A DNA stretch of 64,000 nucleotides from positions 74,462,001 to 74,526,000 of the forward strand of contig NC_135808.1 in assembly GCF_964213995.1 (NCBI RefSeq), read 5' to 3'. Each line of letters begins with the position of its first letter. The stretch's first letter is position 1. Source of the DNA: Mustelus asterias. Its lineage: Eukaryota. Positions 1 through 11,240 of the stretch are shown here, in pieces. The notes under the pieces were generated by a model. That model was not told the DNA's origin, did not search any database, and saw only the letters and a program-made list of their open reading frames with translations. The position numbers and the translations under genes were made by a program.

Positions 1-271
1 TGTCCACAGTGTATGTACTATGTGAGGGGCAGAGTGTGGGGTGGAGGCTCGCAGGAGTGTCAGGTGTGTGAGGGTGAAGCAGTTGGCAGTTAGTGGTAAT
101 TGATGGAGTTTGCTGGTCAATGAGTGATAGGAATGTGTCTGAGGCTGGTTAATGGGATATGGCATTTGAAATTGCATTTACTGACATTGATCACGTGTGT
201 GAGGCCATTGAAATTCTAATGACACTGAATTCAGGTCATCGGAACTTGACTCCTAGCATTGACCTCAGTGT

Positions 272-625
272 CATAGAAATCATATAAATCATAGAAACCC
301 TACAGAACAGAAAGAGGCCATTCGGCCCATCGAGTCTGCACCGACCACAATCCCACCCAGGCCCTACCCCATATCCCTACATATTTACCCACTAATCCCT
401 CTAACCTACACATCTCAGGACACTAAGGGGCAATTTTTAGCATGGCCAATCAACCTAACCCGCACATCTTTGGACTGTGGGAGGAAACCGGAGCACCCGG
501 AGGAAACCCACGCAGACACGAGGAGAATGTGCAAACTCCACACAGACAGTGACCCAAGCCGGGAATCGAACCCAGGTCCCTGGAGCTGTGAAGCAGCAGT
601 GCTAACCACTGTGCTACCATGCCGT
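272..625 (-). mobile_element. HE1-type tRNA-derived V-SINE with CR1-type tail
   Basis: Minus strand: GGTAGCACAGTGGTTAGC (A box), GGTTCGATTCC (B box), TGTGGAGTTTGCACATTCTCC core, (CTATGATT)n tail. Confidence 0.9.
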
Positions 626-742
626 GCACTGTGTCCATGTGCTCTCTCTGCCTTTAAATGTATGTCCCAAGGACTGCCTGGCCTTCAGTGGAGTAAGAAG
701 TCTCACAACACCAGGTTAAAGTCCAACAGGTTTATTTGGCAG

Positions 743-779
743 CACAAGCTTTCAGAGTCTCAGACTCCTTCTTCAGGTG
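743..779 (-). ncRNA. Minimal hammerhead ribozyme motif (PLE type)
   Basis: cac CUGAAGA a ggaguc-uga-gacucu GAAA gcuu gug. Confidence 0.7.
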
Positions 780-1011
780 AGTGAGGAGTTCTGTTCACAA
801 ACAGGCCATATAAAGACACAAACTCAATTTACAAGATAATGGTTGGAATGCGTGTCTTTACAGGTAATCAAGTCTTAAAGGTACAGACAATGTGAGTGGA
901 GAGAGGGCCAAGCACAAGTTAAAGAGGTGTGTATTGTCTCCAGCCAGGCAAGTCGTGGGGGTTACAGATAGTGTGACATGAACCCAAGATCCCGGTTGAG
1001 GCCGAAGTACT

Positions 1012-1048
1012 TACCTGAAGAAGGAGCCTGACACTCCGAAAGCTAGTG
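1012..1048 (+). ncRNA. Minimal hammerhead ribozyme motif (PLE type)
   Basis: uac CUGAAGA a ggag-ccugaca-cucc GAAA gcua gug. Confidence 0.7.
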
Positions 1049-1364
1049 CTGCCAAATAAACCTGTTGGACTTTAACCTGGTGTTGTGAGACTTCTTACTG
1101 TGCTTACCCCAGTCCAACGCCGACATCTCCACATCATGGCTACCATCGACACCGCACCCACGACTTGCCAGGGCTTGCAAAATCTCACTAACTGTCCTGG
1201 TTGGAGACAATACACACCTTTTTAACTTGTGCTTGGCCCTCTCTCCACTCACATTGTCTGTACCTTTAAGACTTGATTACCTATAAAGCCTCACATTCCA
1301 ACCATTATCTTGTAAATTGAGTTTGTGTCTGTATATGCCTTGTTTGTGAACATAACTCCTCACT

Positions 1365-1401
1365 CACCTGGAGAAGGAGCCTGACACTCCGAAAGCTTGT
1401 G
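1365..1401 (+). ncRNA. Hammerhead motif with core substitution (CUGGAGA), probably inactive
   Basis: cac CUGGAGA a ggag-ccugaca-cucc GAAA gcuu gug. Confidence 0.55.
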
Positions 1402-2059
1402 CTGCCAAATAAACCTGTTGGACTTTAACCTGGTATTCTTACTGTGCTTACCCCAGTCCAACGCCGGCATCTCCACTTCAGTGGATACAGGTCATCTCTC
1501 TTGTTTTCCTCCAACAAGGCCTCCAGTGCACCTAAAAACTTGCTGTCCACTCTCTCCTATGTTGTGCTGTTCTTCAATGTTTCCCAGATCAAATTCAGCT
1601 CACAAGGGACTCCCAGCCACTTCCCTACCCTCAGTGTACCGTTCTTTATGAGGCTGGCTTTGACAGGTACGAGCCATGTTGGCCCCAGCTCAAGCAACCA
1701 ACCAAACAACATCACAGTCAGCATTGTCTGGATGTTGAAATCTTTAAAGCAGCAGATAGCACAAAATTCAAGCTTTCCTGGCTGTTACTGGACATGGCTA
1801 ATCACACATTAAGATTCCTGTGCCCAGTTTAAGGGGGCTATCAAATTTAGCCCCCTTTGCCTTTACTGTTTTTCCATAAAGGATCACCAAAAATAACTGT
1901 AGATTAGCTGGTATTTTATATAAATTTATCAGTAATTCTTTATCCTTGCACTTTATAAGATTCAATCTGCCAGCTGTTGGGCATTCAGGGAGTTATTAAT
2001 TTGAACCTCTTGTGATCTCTGTTCCGTGACTGCTTCCATTTCATCATTTCCTAACAAAG

Positions 2060-2550
2060 TGCATTACACCACTGGTTTATCAGCCAGCTGTGTCTACCCA
2101 TTGTGCTAACCTATCAATGTTCTGCTGAAGTCCTTTATAGCCTTCCTCCCTATGTGCCAAACCTCCTTTTTTTTGCCATCAAAAATTTTGGGAATATGCT
2201 TCCTAAGCCTAAGTGCAATATCACTTACATTTAATAAAAACATAAGTCCACCCAGTCCCGACTCCACAGGCAAATCTACTTCCAACCCTTCTCCACTTTC
2301 AGCATCACCTATTTATTCCGATTCTTTGTTTCCTGTCCATCACTGACTTTCTATCCCTTGTACTACATTTCCATTACATCTACCATATTTCTGAATTTTT
2401 CGAACAACCCTCTTTTAAGACACCTTATCAAACATTTCCTGTAAATCCACATATGCACCATCAGCATTCATTTTATCCAACCTGTCACTTCATCAAAATG
2501 TTTTATTAAGTTTGTCAAGCCTTTCCCAAATCGGCTTTGACCAATGTTGA
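2060..2550 (-). mobile_element. Old CR1-like RT fragment; homologous pieces lie in the same intron of repeats 3 (~33361-33492) and 4 (~52100-52430)
   Basis: Plus strand ACACCTTATCAAACATTTCCTGTAAATCCA is the reverse complement of a decayed DF(Q/S)KAFDKV motif; boundaries approximate. Confidence 0.5.
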
Positions 2551-2902
2551 TAGATGCTTCATAAAGACCTTGAATGTCAAGTTAAGAAAGGCCTACTCCC
2601 TGAAATAGGCAGAACAGCATTCAGCAAACAATAGACCCCTGTGAAGGTGACTTTGAACTGAATATACACTGAGCCCAATTTGAAGCTAATACCACCTTTG
2701 AACAAAGATTTCAGCAAATTAAGATCAACCCACAACTTTAATTTTTGACACTTTATGCTTCCTACGTATCGTTCATTTCCATGGTATTTCTATTATACAG
2801 AAATAATTATAGTTAAATTTCATTTTACACATTTAAATGCCAGTTTTGGATTCAAAAAAACTGTCTGTGCCTTTATCTGTCTTATTTCCATGGTTTCTTT
2901 AG

Positions 2903-3163
2903 CCCCTTGCAGTCCCCAGATTGTCAGTGCTTATTTGGAGTGTGCAACACACACAGCGTCAGTATTGTGGGAGCAGAGTGACGGTGCAGTGAACTACATC
3001 GCAATTGCAGAAGGAATGGAAGGAGACAAGTATTCATGCAATACAACAGAGGAAAGCTGCGAGATCATAGACCTTCCGTGTGGTCAGATGTACAGCATAA
3101 TAATATTAGCAATGGACGAGAGTTGTACCAGTTTACCAAGTCCAGCTTTTGAAATTCAAACAG
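2903..3163 (+). CDS. FN3 exon A, repeat 1 (APCSPQIVSAYLEC...FEIQT)
   Basis: tttcttt-ag|CCCCTTGC ... CAAACAG|gtaaaa; 261 nt, open, 6 Cys. Confidence 0.93.
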
Positions 3164-3460
3164 GTAAAACCTTTGACTTTGTTTTTATGAAGTCCCTGGG
3201 GGTCAGGAAAATTCAGAATTGATGTAACGTTATCAAACTGTATAGTAATAAACACCTCCTCACATTTCGTACATTGCTTAGTTACAAGTGTAACCATTTA
3301 GCAATTCCTATCAGATACCAATCAAACTTTTTTGCTGTTTGTGTTGCAGAGCCCATTCTGATGTACGAATGTTAGATCCATGAACTTTTACACATGCACA
3401 ATACAGGTTTAAATCTACTTTGGGTTATGAATTCTATTCTGTGTTTTCTTCTTTCCACAG

Positions 3461-3721
3461 TGCCTTGTATCCCACAGAATGTGGTCGCTCACATCAACTG
3501 TGAAAGTAATAATGTGTCAGTGTTTTGGGATCCCAGTAATGGTACAGAGTCATACCTTGTAACAGCCCAAGGAAACAATGATCATTGGACCTCATGCAAT
3601 ACAACAGACACTGAATGTGTGATCTCAGATGTGTACTGTGGACTGAGCTACTATATAACTGTACAGGCAATCTGCATGCAATGTAACAGCTCACAAAGCT
3701 CTGCTGTTACAGTTAAAACAG
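3461..3721 (+). CDS. FN3 exon B, repeat 1 (VPCIPQNVVAHINC...VTVKT)
   Basis: ctttccacag|TGCCTTGT ... AAAACAG|gtcatt; 261 nt; donor is gtaatt in the other B copies; extra Cys (AICMQC). Confidence 0.88.
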
Positions 3722-3846
3722 GTCATTCTAAACAATAATTTAAAACAAGAAATTCTCAAATATGTATACATTAGTTGGATAATTGTCACTTTTCATATAG
3801 AAAGTGTTTTTTCAGTAGGTAACATTTGTGAATTCTCTTTTTGCAG

Positions 3847-4101
3847 TACCATGTGTTCCACAGAATGTTGATGCTTACATGAACTGTGATGCTGGATATA
3901 TGTCAGTCTCATGGGAGTTAAGTCAAGGTGCAATATCATACATTGCAACTGCTGAAGGAAGCAATGTACAACAATGCAGCGCTAATGAAACATTGTGTGA
4001 CATCACTGAGCTGGACTGTGGAGAAACCTACACCATCACAGTTCGTGCACACGATGATTCATGTGACACTGCTGAAAGTCCGTCCATCACAAGGAATACA
4101 G
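3847..4101 (+). CDS. FN3 exon C, repeat 1 (VPCVPQNVDAYMNC...ITRNT)
   Basis: tttttgcag|TACCATGT ... AATACAG|gtaact; 255 nt. Confidence 0.93.
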
Positions 4102-4129
4102 GTAACTAAAGAGACATTTCTAATGGATA

Positions 4130-4270
4130 TAGTCACTGGAAACCTCCGATCTCGTCCATGGCTAGGATTGTCTGTTGCGGCTGCAGTGAATGGAGTTTTA
4201 GCTGAACATCAGATTCTCCATCCTCACTGGCATCAGGGTAGGAATGAACGAGATCGGAGAATCCTGCCCA
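4130..4270. mobile_element. Degenerate ~140-bp MITE
   Basis: CTCCGATCTCGT ... ACGAGATCGGAG inverted arms; right end GAATCCTGCCCA like the other MITEs here. Confidence 0.45.
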
Positions 4271-4377
4271 GTGTGTGCAAAGCCTTAGGATGATCCTAAT
4301 GCTGTGTATGTATTTTCCTCACCAATGTGTTCATCCTTTGAAAATCAGTCATCTCTTCACCTCTGAACCAGCCTAAA

Positions 4378-4658
4378 ATAAAGTTTACTTATTAGTCACA
4401 AGTAAGGCTTACATTAACACTGCAATGAAGTTACTGTGAAATTCCCCTAGTCGCCACACACCGGCGTCTGTTTGGGTCAATGCACCTAACCAGCACGTCT
4501 TTCAGACTGTGGGAGGAAACCAGAGCACCCGGAAGAAACCCACGCAGACATGGAGAGAATGTGCAAACGCCACACAGACAGTGACCCAAGCCGGGAATTG
4601 AACCCAGGTCCCTGGCACTGTAAGGCAGCAGTGCTCACCACTGTGCCACTCTGCCGCC
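4378..4658 (-). mobile_element. V-SINE with alternative 3' tail (...CTTGTGACTAATAAGTAAACTTT)
   Basis: Same tRNA head and core as the HE1-type copies, different 3' ~120 nt. Confidence 0.85.
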
Positions 4659-4726
4659 TACCAAGTACCATCCAGAAAAATCAGGCCTCAAGCCAAGATC
4701 AGAGGAGAGGCAATATTGACAACGAT

Positions 4727-4862
4727 GGGCGCGATCTTACGGCCGTTCACGCCCTGCTGCTTCAGCAAGCGAGGATGGAGAATTTGGCACCCGGCCAACT
4801 CTACATTTACTGGAGCAGGACCAGAAAATCCCAGCAGCATGAACGGCCATAAGATTCCGCCC
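4727..4862. mobile_element. MITE with ~27-bp TIRs (GGGC...GCCC ends, Harbinger-like)
   Basis: GGGCGCGATCTTACGGCCGTTCACGC ... GCATGAACGGCCATAAGATTCCGCCC. Confidence 0.75.
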
Positions 4863-5079
4863 AATATATTTTTCAACAGGACTTAGGAACAGAAAGACTT
4901 GGTGGCAAGAAAAGTGGAGAATGCTGTTTTGAATAAAAACATCTGTGATCCTTCGTTTTATTAATATCTAGAGTGCCAAACAAGGACATGGGCCAGAATG
5001 TTACCACTGTTCATGCCGACGGGATTTTCCCATCCCGCTGCAGTGAACAGAGGCTGGGCGCCAAATTCTCCAACCCTGG

Positions 5080-5215
5080 TCTGTGTCTTTATAAGCTCTG
5101 TTTGTGAACAGAATTCCCACTCACCTGAAGAAGGGGCTTAGAGCTCCGAAAGCTTGTGTGGCTTTTGCTACCAAATAAACCTGTTGGACTTTAACCTGGT
5201 GTTGTTAAACTTCTT
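5080..5215 (+). mobile_element. Penelope-like pseudo-LTR fragment
   Basis: Matches 1325-1440; contains a hammerhead motif and CCAAATAAACCTGTTGGACTTTAACCTGGTGTTGT. Confidence 0.8.
5122..5158 (+). ncRNA. Minimal hammerhead ribozyme motif, best-formed copy
   Basis: cac CUGAAGA a ggggc-uuaga-gcucc GAAA gcuu gug; stem I extends with cca/ugg. Confidence 0.72.
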
Positions 5216-5258
5216 GCAGCGGGAGCGTGGCATGAACGGCTGCTAAGATTGCGCCCCC

Positions 5259-5596
5259 CGGGTAGCACAGTGGTTAGCACTGCTGCTTTACAGCTCCAGG
5301 GTCCCGGGTTCGATTCCTGGCTCGGGTCACTGTCTGTGTGGAGTTTGCACATTCTCCTCGTGTCTGCGTGGGTTTCCCCCGGGTGCTCCGGTTTCCTCCC
5401 ACAGTCCAAAGATGTGCGGTTTAGGTTGATTGGCCAGGTTAAAAAAAAATTGCCCCTTAGAGTCCTGGGATGCGTAGGTTAGAGGGATTAGCGGGTAAAA
5501 TATGTGGGGGTAGGGCATGGGTGGGATTGTGGTCGGTGCAGACTCGATGGGCCGAATGGCCTCCTTCTGCACTGTAGGGTTTCTATGATTCTATGA
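5259..5596 (+). mobile_element. HE1-type V-SINE with CR1-type tail
   Basis: A and B boxes, V core, TTCTATGATTCTATGA tail. Confidence 0.9.
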
Positions 5597-5963
5597 AAGC
5601 ACTGATTCTGGGCACCACACTTTAGGAAGCATTTCGGGAGCTTAGAGATGGGTCCAGAAGAGATTTAATGGAATGCTGCCCAAGGAGAGGGACTTCAGTT
5701 ATCTGGAGAGACTGAGAGAAGCTGGTGTTGATCTCTTTAGAGCAATTAAGATTAAGAGGAGAATTATCAGAGGTATTCATGAGCATTTGTGGTTTTGTCA
5801 GAGAGTAAAAAGAAACTGTTTGATGATGGGTTAGAAACCAGAGGACACTGAAAAATACCTGAAGACTTGAGTGGGCTGTGGGGAAAGAGCAGGGATGTGG
5901 GATTTATGGGATATCTCTATCATACAGCTGGCATATACATGATGAGCCAAATGGCTTCCTACT
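5597..5963 (+). mobile_element. Decayed CR1 3' fragment
   Basis: Decayed FW(A/S)PH..K...LE.VQ.RF..M.P coding remnant followed by a CR1-type 3' UTR. Confidence 0.6.
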
Positions 5964-5967
5964 TTCT

Positions 5968-6266
5968 TAAAGTTTATTTAATAATGTCACAAGTAGGCTT
6001 ACGTTAACGCTGCAATGAAGTTACTGTAAAAATCCCCTACCTACCACAGTCCGCCGCCTGTTCGGGGTACACTGAGGGAGAATTTAGCATGGCCAATGCA
6101 TCTAACCAGCACGTCTTTTGGACTGTGGGAGGAAACCGGAGCAGCCGGAGGAAACCCACACAGACACGGGGAGAATGTGCAAACTCCACACAGACAGTGA
6201 CCCAAGCCAGGAATCGAACCCGGGTCCCTGGCACTGTAAGGCATAAGTGCTAACCACCGTGCCACC
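5968..6266 (-). mobile_element. V-SINE with alternative 3' tail
   Basis: As 4378-4658. Confidence 0.85.
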
Positions 6267-6633
6267 CCTCTAAGATTCCATGATCAAAAACACTTTTTCT
6301 AACTACATTTATCACCCTCATGTAGTTGAGAAACCCACAGCTCATGCAAATGTTTTTCCTGTTTTGTTTACATAATAGTATTTTGCATTTATGTCCTCAG
6401 AACAGAGCCCTGTTTTTTCATTTATTCATGTGAGCTTTGCTGGCTAGGCCAGCATTTATTGTCCTCCTCTAATTGCCCTTGAGAAGGTGGTGGTGAGCTG
6501 CCTTCTTGAACTGCTGCAATCTATGTGGCGCAGGTGCACCCACTGTGCTGTTGGGGAGTGAATTCTAGGATTTTGACCCAGGGACAGTGAAAGAACAGTG
6601 ATATATTTCCAAGTCAGGATGGTGAGTGACTTG

Positions 6634-7156
6634 AACAAAAGAACAAAGAGCAGTACAGCATAGGAACAGGCCCTTTGGCCCACCAAGTCAGTGCCAACAC
6701 AGACGCTTCTCTAATCTAATATTTTCTTGCCTCTACCTGGTCCACATCCCTCTATTCTCTGTCCATTCATGCATCTATCCAGATGCCTCCCGAAAGTTGT
6801 TATAGAATCTGCTTTCACCATCTCCTCTGGCAGCGCATTCGAGGCATTCACCACCCTCTGTATGAAAAACTTGCCCCTTACATCTCTTTTAAACTTTCCC
6901 CCTCTCACTTTCAACCTATACCCCCGAGTAATTGATCCTTCAACCCTTGGGAGAAAGACTCTGACTATCCACTCTATCCAAGTCTGTCATAATCTTGTAA
7001 ACCTCTATCAGGGCCCTCCTCATCCTCTGACGCTCCAATGAAAACAATCCAAGCTTGTTCAACCTTTCTGCATAGCCCGTATCCTCCAAACCAGGCAACA
7101 TCCTGATAAATCGCTTCTGCACCCTTTCCAATGCATCAACATCTTTCCAGTAGTGT

Positions 7157-7188
<32 letters not shown>

Positions 7189-8912
7189 AGGCTTAACCAA
7201 GGTCTTATACAACTGCAACAGGATTTTCCAATTCCTTTACTCAATGCCCTGGCCGATGAAGGCCAGCATGCCATACGCCTTCATGATCACCTTGTCCACC
7301 TGAGTTACCACCTTCAGAGAACCAGGAATCTGCACGCTTAGATCCCTCTGTATGCTAATATTTCTAAGGGCGCTATCATTTACTGCATACTTTCCTTCTG
7401 TAGTAGACTTTTCAAATCGGATCACCACACATTTGTCTGGGTTAAATTTGATCTGCCATCTTTCGGCCCAGGTATCCAGCTGATTTATATCCTGCTGTAT
7501 CGTCTGACAATCTGCCCTCACTATCCGCTACTCCCCCAATTTTTGCATTATCTGCAAATTTGCTAATCAGACCACCTACATTTTCCTCCAAATCATTTAT
7601 ATATATTACAAACGACAGAGGTCCCAGCACTGATCCTTGTGGAACACTGCTTGTCACAGACCTCCAGTTAGAAAAGTACCCTTCCACTGCTACTCTCTGC
7701 TTTCTATGCCCAAGTGTGGAGATGCCGGCGTTGGACTGGGGTAAACACAGTAAGAAGTCTCACAACACCAGGTTAAAGTCCAACAGGTTTATTTGGCTAC
7801 CAAATAAACCTGTTGGACTTTAACCTGGTGTTGTGAGACTTCTTACTGTCCTATGCCCAAGCCAGTTTTGTATCCATCTTACCAGCTCACCTCAGATCCC
7901 ATATGACTTCACCTTCTGTATCAGCCTGCCACGAGGAACCTTATCGAAGGCTTTACTGAAGTCCATGTATACAACATCCACTGCCCTGCCCAGGTCAATT
8001 TTTCTTGTCACTTCCTCAAAGGACTCAATCAAGTTTGTGAGACAGAAGAACAATGTTAGCCACTCTCCAATCCTCTGGTACCTCGCCTGTGGCTAAAGAG
8101 GATACAAAGATTTTAGCCAAGGCCTCAGCAATTTCTTCCTTCGCCTCTCTCAATATTCTGGGATAGATCCTATCTGACTCTGGGGACTTGTCCACCTTAA
8201 TGTTTTTCTAAACCTCCAATACCTCGTCCCTTTTTATCTTGTGTGCTAGAATGTCAACATCTTCCTTTCTACTCTCATCATCCACCAATCCTTCTCCTTT
8301 GTGAATACTGATGCAAAGTACTCATTAAGGATCTCACCCACCTCATCTGGCTCCACACAACTTCCCTCCACTGTCCTTGTGTGGACCTACCTTTTCCTCA
8401 GCTTCCCTTTTCCTCCTTATATACGCATAAAAAGTCTTTGGATTCTCCTTAATCCTGCCTGCCAAGGGCATTTCATGGCTCTTTTTGCCCTCCGGAGTCT
8501 CTATTTAAACTCTTTCCTGCTTTCTTTGTACTCCTCAAGAGCCTTATCTGTTTTCAATTTCCTGAAATTTATGTATGCCTCTTTCTTCTTTTTCACTAAG
8601 CTCACAATCTCTCTTGTCATCCAGGGTTCCCGAACCTTGGCATCATTATTCTTCATTTTTACAGGGACATACTTGTCCTGAATTGTTAACAAATGACTTT
8701 TAAAAGACTCCCACATACCGGATGTGGATTTACCATCAAACAGCCACCCTCACTCTACATTCCCTAGCTCCTGCCTAATATTGTCGTAATTAGCCTTCCC
8801 CCAGTTTAGTACTTTCACTCTGGGACTACTTTTATCCTTTTCTACAAGTATCTTGAAACTTATAGAATTGTGATCACTGTTCCCAAATGGTCCCCAACAG
8901 TACCACCTGGAA
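6634..8912 (-). mobile_element. 5'-truncated CR1 (HER1-like) LINE with a broken ORF2
   Basis: ORF pieces VPQGSVLGP, SKFADN, YCVQFWSPHY, FFIQRVVN; (TGTTCTTT)n tail. Confidence 0.9.
7715..7850. mobile_element. Penelope-derived fold-back mini-insertion, 11-bp TSD
   Basis: CTATGCCCAAG at 7704-7714 and 7851-7861; perfect 50-bp arms 7747-7796 / 7800-7849 with a 3-nt loop. Confidence 0.85.
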
Positions 8913-10539
8913 GCGGAACTTCCAGGTGGTACTGTTCACATGTGTCCATTACCCACGTCCTTCTCAATGTAAGATCTTGGGTTTGGAAGGTGCTGTCTTA
9001 AGGAGCCTTGGTGAATTCCTGCAGTGCATCTTGTAGATGGTACACGCTGCTGCTGCTGTGCAAATGTGGTGGAGGGAATTATTGTTTAAAATGCTGCATG
9101 TGGTGCCAATCAAGTAGGCTGCTTTGCCCTGGATGGTGTCAAGCTTCTTAAGTGCTGGTTAGGGCTGCACTCGTCCAGGCAAGTGGAGAGTATTTCATCA
9201 TACACCTGATTTCTGCCTTGTAGATGGTAGACAGGCTTTGGGGAATGAGAAGGTGAGTTACTCGCCATAGAATTCCCTGCCTTTGACCTGCTCTTGTAGC
9301 TACAGTATTTATATGACTAATCCAGTTCAAATTCTGGTCAATGATAACCTCCAGGATGTTGATAGTGGGGAATTCAGTGATAGCAATGCCATTGAATGTC
9401 AAGGGGTGATGGTTAGATCCTCTCTTGTTGGAAATGGTCAATGCCCAGCACTTGTGTGGCATGAATATTACTTGCCACTTGTCAGCCTAAGCCTGGATAT
9501 TGTCCAGGTCTTGCTGCATTTGGCCATGGAATGATTCAGTATCTGTGCTTGCAGGCTTGACACAACACATGCTGGGGAAAACCCCATTGCTAATGTGAAC
9601 AGCTGAACTCCGTGATTTAAAATTAGCAGCATTTTATGTACATTTTTCAGTACATTGTACCACAGATTCTTGCAGCACAGAAGGAGGTCATTTGGTCCAT
9701 TGTATCCGTGCTGGCTCATTGAAAGAGTTATCCAATTTGTCCCATTCACCCTCCTCTTTCTTACAGCCCAATAATTGTCTCCCCCTCTTTACCCAATTCC
9801 CTTCTGCAAGTTACTATTGAATATGCTTCACCACTCTTTCTTACTGTAGCATTGAAGTGACTGCTGGCTAGTTACTGCTATTTGTTGCTTTTCTTCTTTG
9901 CATATGTCCCATTGTTTCAATCCACCTCTTTCAGTTGTGCAATGGATGTTTTTGATAAAGGTGCCCCATGGAAATGTCTTCACTTCTCTCCCTGAGGAGC
10001 AACTCTGAAGCTACAGATTACCATTGCAGTTCCTCCAAAAGCAGCAAACATCTTTATTCAACCACAAAATTGGGTCACACAGTGGGTAAAAACAGAACCT
10101 TAGAAACTGACAAAATCTAAAGAATCATAATTTTGCAGACTTTAAATAGATTTGTGCATTTTAAAAAAGCTAAATAATCAATAAATCAAAGACATGCCAT
10201 CTCCCACATCATTAATTTCTGTATCTGTAAATTGGCAAAGCAAACCCATACGGATCTAACAGCAGTGGCAGTTTTACAATGTACCAATCTCAGAATGGAA
10301 CCTCACTCGTCAAAAGCGTGAACTGTGAAATTAGTTAAGAAGGTTTGTGTGCTTGCAGGCTGGTTTAACTGCATACTTAGCAATTGACATTTCTTTAAAA
10401 GCCAATCTAAGACTGTCCTGCCATGTTCTTCCTGGCTCAACATCACTTAATTGCTTTTTCTCATATCTACATCAAGCTGCGCAACTCCTCATGCCCTTTA
10501 ACTGCATCTTCTAGGATGCTTCTAGCTGCGTTGGTGCTT

Positions 10540-11240
10540 GCAGAGTTTAGTTAGAGGGATCCATATCCACAGATCTCTAAAGGTTGCCACTCAAGTGGAT
10601 AGAGCTGTGAAGAAGGCATATAGTGTGTTAGCTTTTATTAACAGGGGGTTGGAGTTTAAGAGCCGTGGGGTTATGCTGCAACTGTACAGGACCTTGGTGA
10701 GACCGCATTTGGAATATTGCGTGCAGTTCTGGTCACCTCACTATAAGAAGGATGTGGAAGCGCTGGAGAGAGTGCAGAGGAGATTTACCAGGATGCTGCC
10801 TGGTTTGGAGTGTCGGTCTTATGAGGAAAGGTTGAGGGAGCTGGGGCTGTTCTCTCTGGAGCGGAGGAGATTGAGGGGAGACTTAATAGAGGTTTATAAA
10901 ATGATGAAGGGGATAGATCGAGTGAACGTTCAAAGACTATTTCCTCGGGTGGATGGAGCTATTACAAGGGGGCATAACTATAGGGTTCATGGTGGGAGAT
11001 ATAGGAAGGATATCAGAGGTAGGTTCTTCACGCAGAGAGTGGTTGGGGTGTGGAATGGACTGCCTGCAGTGATAGTGGAGTCAGACACTTTAGGAACATT
11101 TAAGCGGTTATTGGATAGGCACATGGAGCACACCAGGATGGTAGGGAGTGGGATAGCTTGATCTTGGTTTCAGATGAAGGTCGGCACAACATCGTGGGCC
11201 GAAGGGCCTGTTCTGTGCTGTACTGTTCTATGTTCTATGA
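10540..11240 (+). mobile_element. Young 5'-truncated CR1 (3' ~700 bp), same subfamily as 28880-29643
   Basis: Open ORF2 C-terminus (LVRPHLEYCVQFWSPHY...FFTQRVVGVWNGLP); (TTCTATG)n tail. Confidence 0.92.

Larger units (their letters stand above)
693..1475. mobile_element. Non-autonomous Penelope-like element: inverted segment plus partial tandem pseudo-LTRs, 10-bp TSD
   Basis: CTTCAGTGGA at 683-692 and 1476-1485; 693-~1005 is an inverted copy whose minus strand encodes GLNRDLGFMSHYL* (PLE GIY-YIG C-terminus); two direct hammerhead-containing repeats 353 nt apart. Confidence 0.8.
185..1856 (-). mobile_element. Decayed PIF/Harbinger-like remnant (Myb/SANT-like ORF), interrupted by a SINE and a Penelope-like insertion
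   Basis: With the insertions removed, the minus strand reads GALEALLEENKRDDLYP...TEVNARSQVPMT*IQCH*NFNGLT, resembling Harbinger Myb/SANT-like proteins; GGGGGCTAAATTT-type end near 1856. Boundaries approximate. Confidence 0.4.
4990..5257. mobile_element. Same MITE family, interrupted by a Penelope-like fragment
   Basis: GGGCCAGAATGTTACCACTGTTCATGCC ... GGCATGAACGGCTGCTAAGATTGCGCCC. Confidence 0.65.
6418..9545 (-). mobile_element. Older CR1-group LINE 3' portion, split by the younger CR1 at 6634-8912
   Basis: ORF 9148-9462 (IIDQNLNWISHI...STIYKAEIR..M.YSPLAW) is an RT C-terminal region; 3' end reads AATAAATGCTGGCCTAGCCAGC on the minus strand near 6438-6460. Confidence 0.7.

Noticed and set aside
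3808-3846. Conserved cag-NNG-gtaac about 30 nt upstream of each exon C (micro-exon or recursive splice site)
   Set aside because: The remaining 28 nt is too short for an intron, use as an acceptor would shift the frame, and TAAC at this distance is better explained as the branch point.
9961-10085. Possible extra exon (ag|GTGCCCC-ATG...39 codons...G|gtaaaa, phase 1) that could start a transcript at exon F1
   Set aside because: No signal peptide or FN3 similarity, weak acceptor, no paralogue in other repeats; such a short open segment is expected by chance. Needs RNA evidence.
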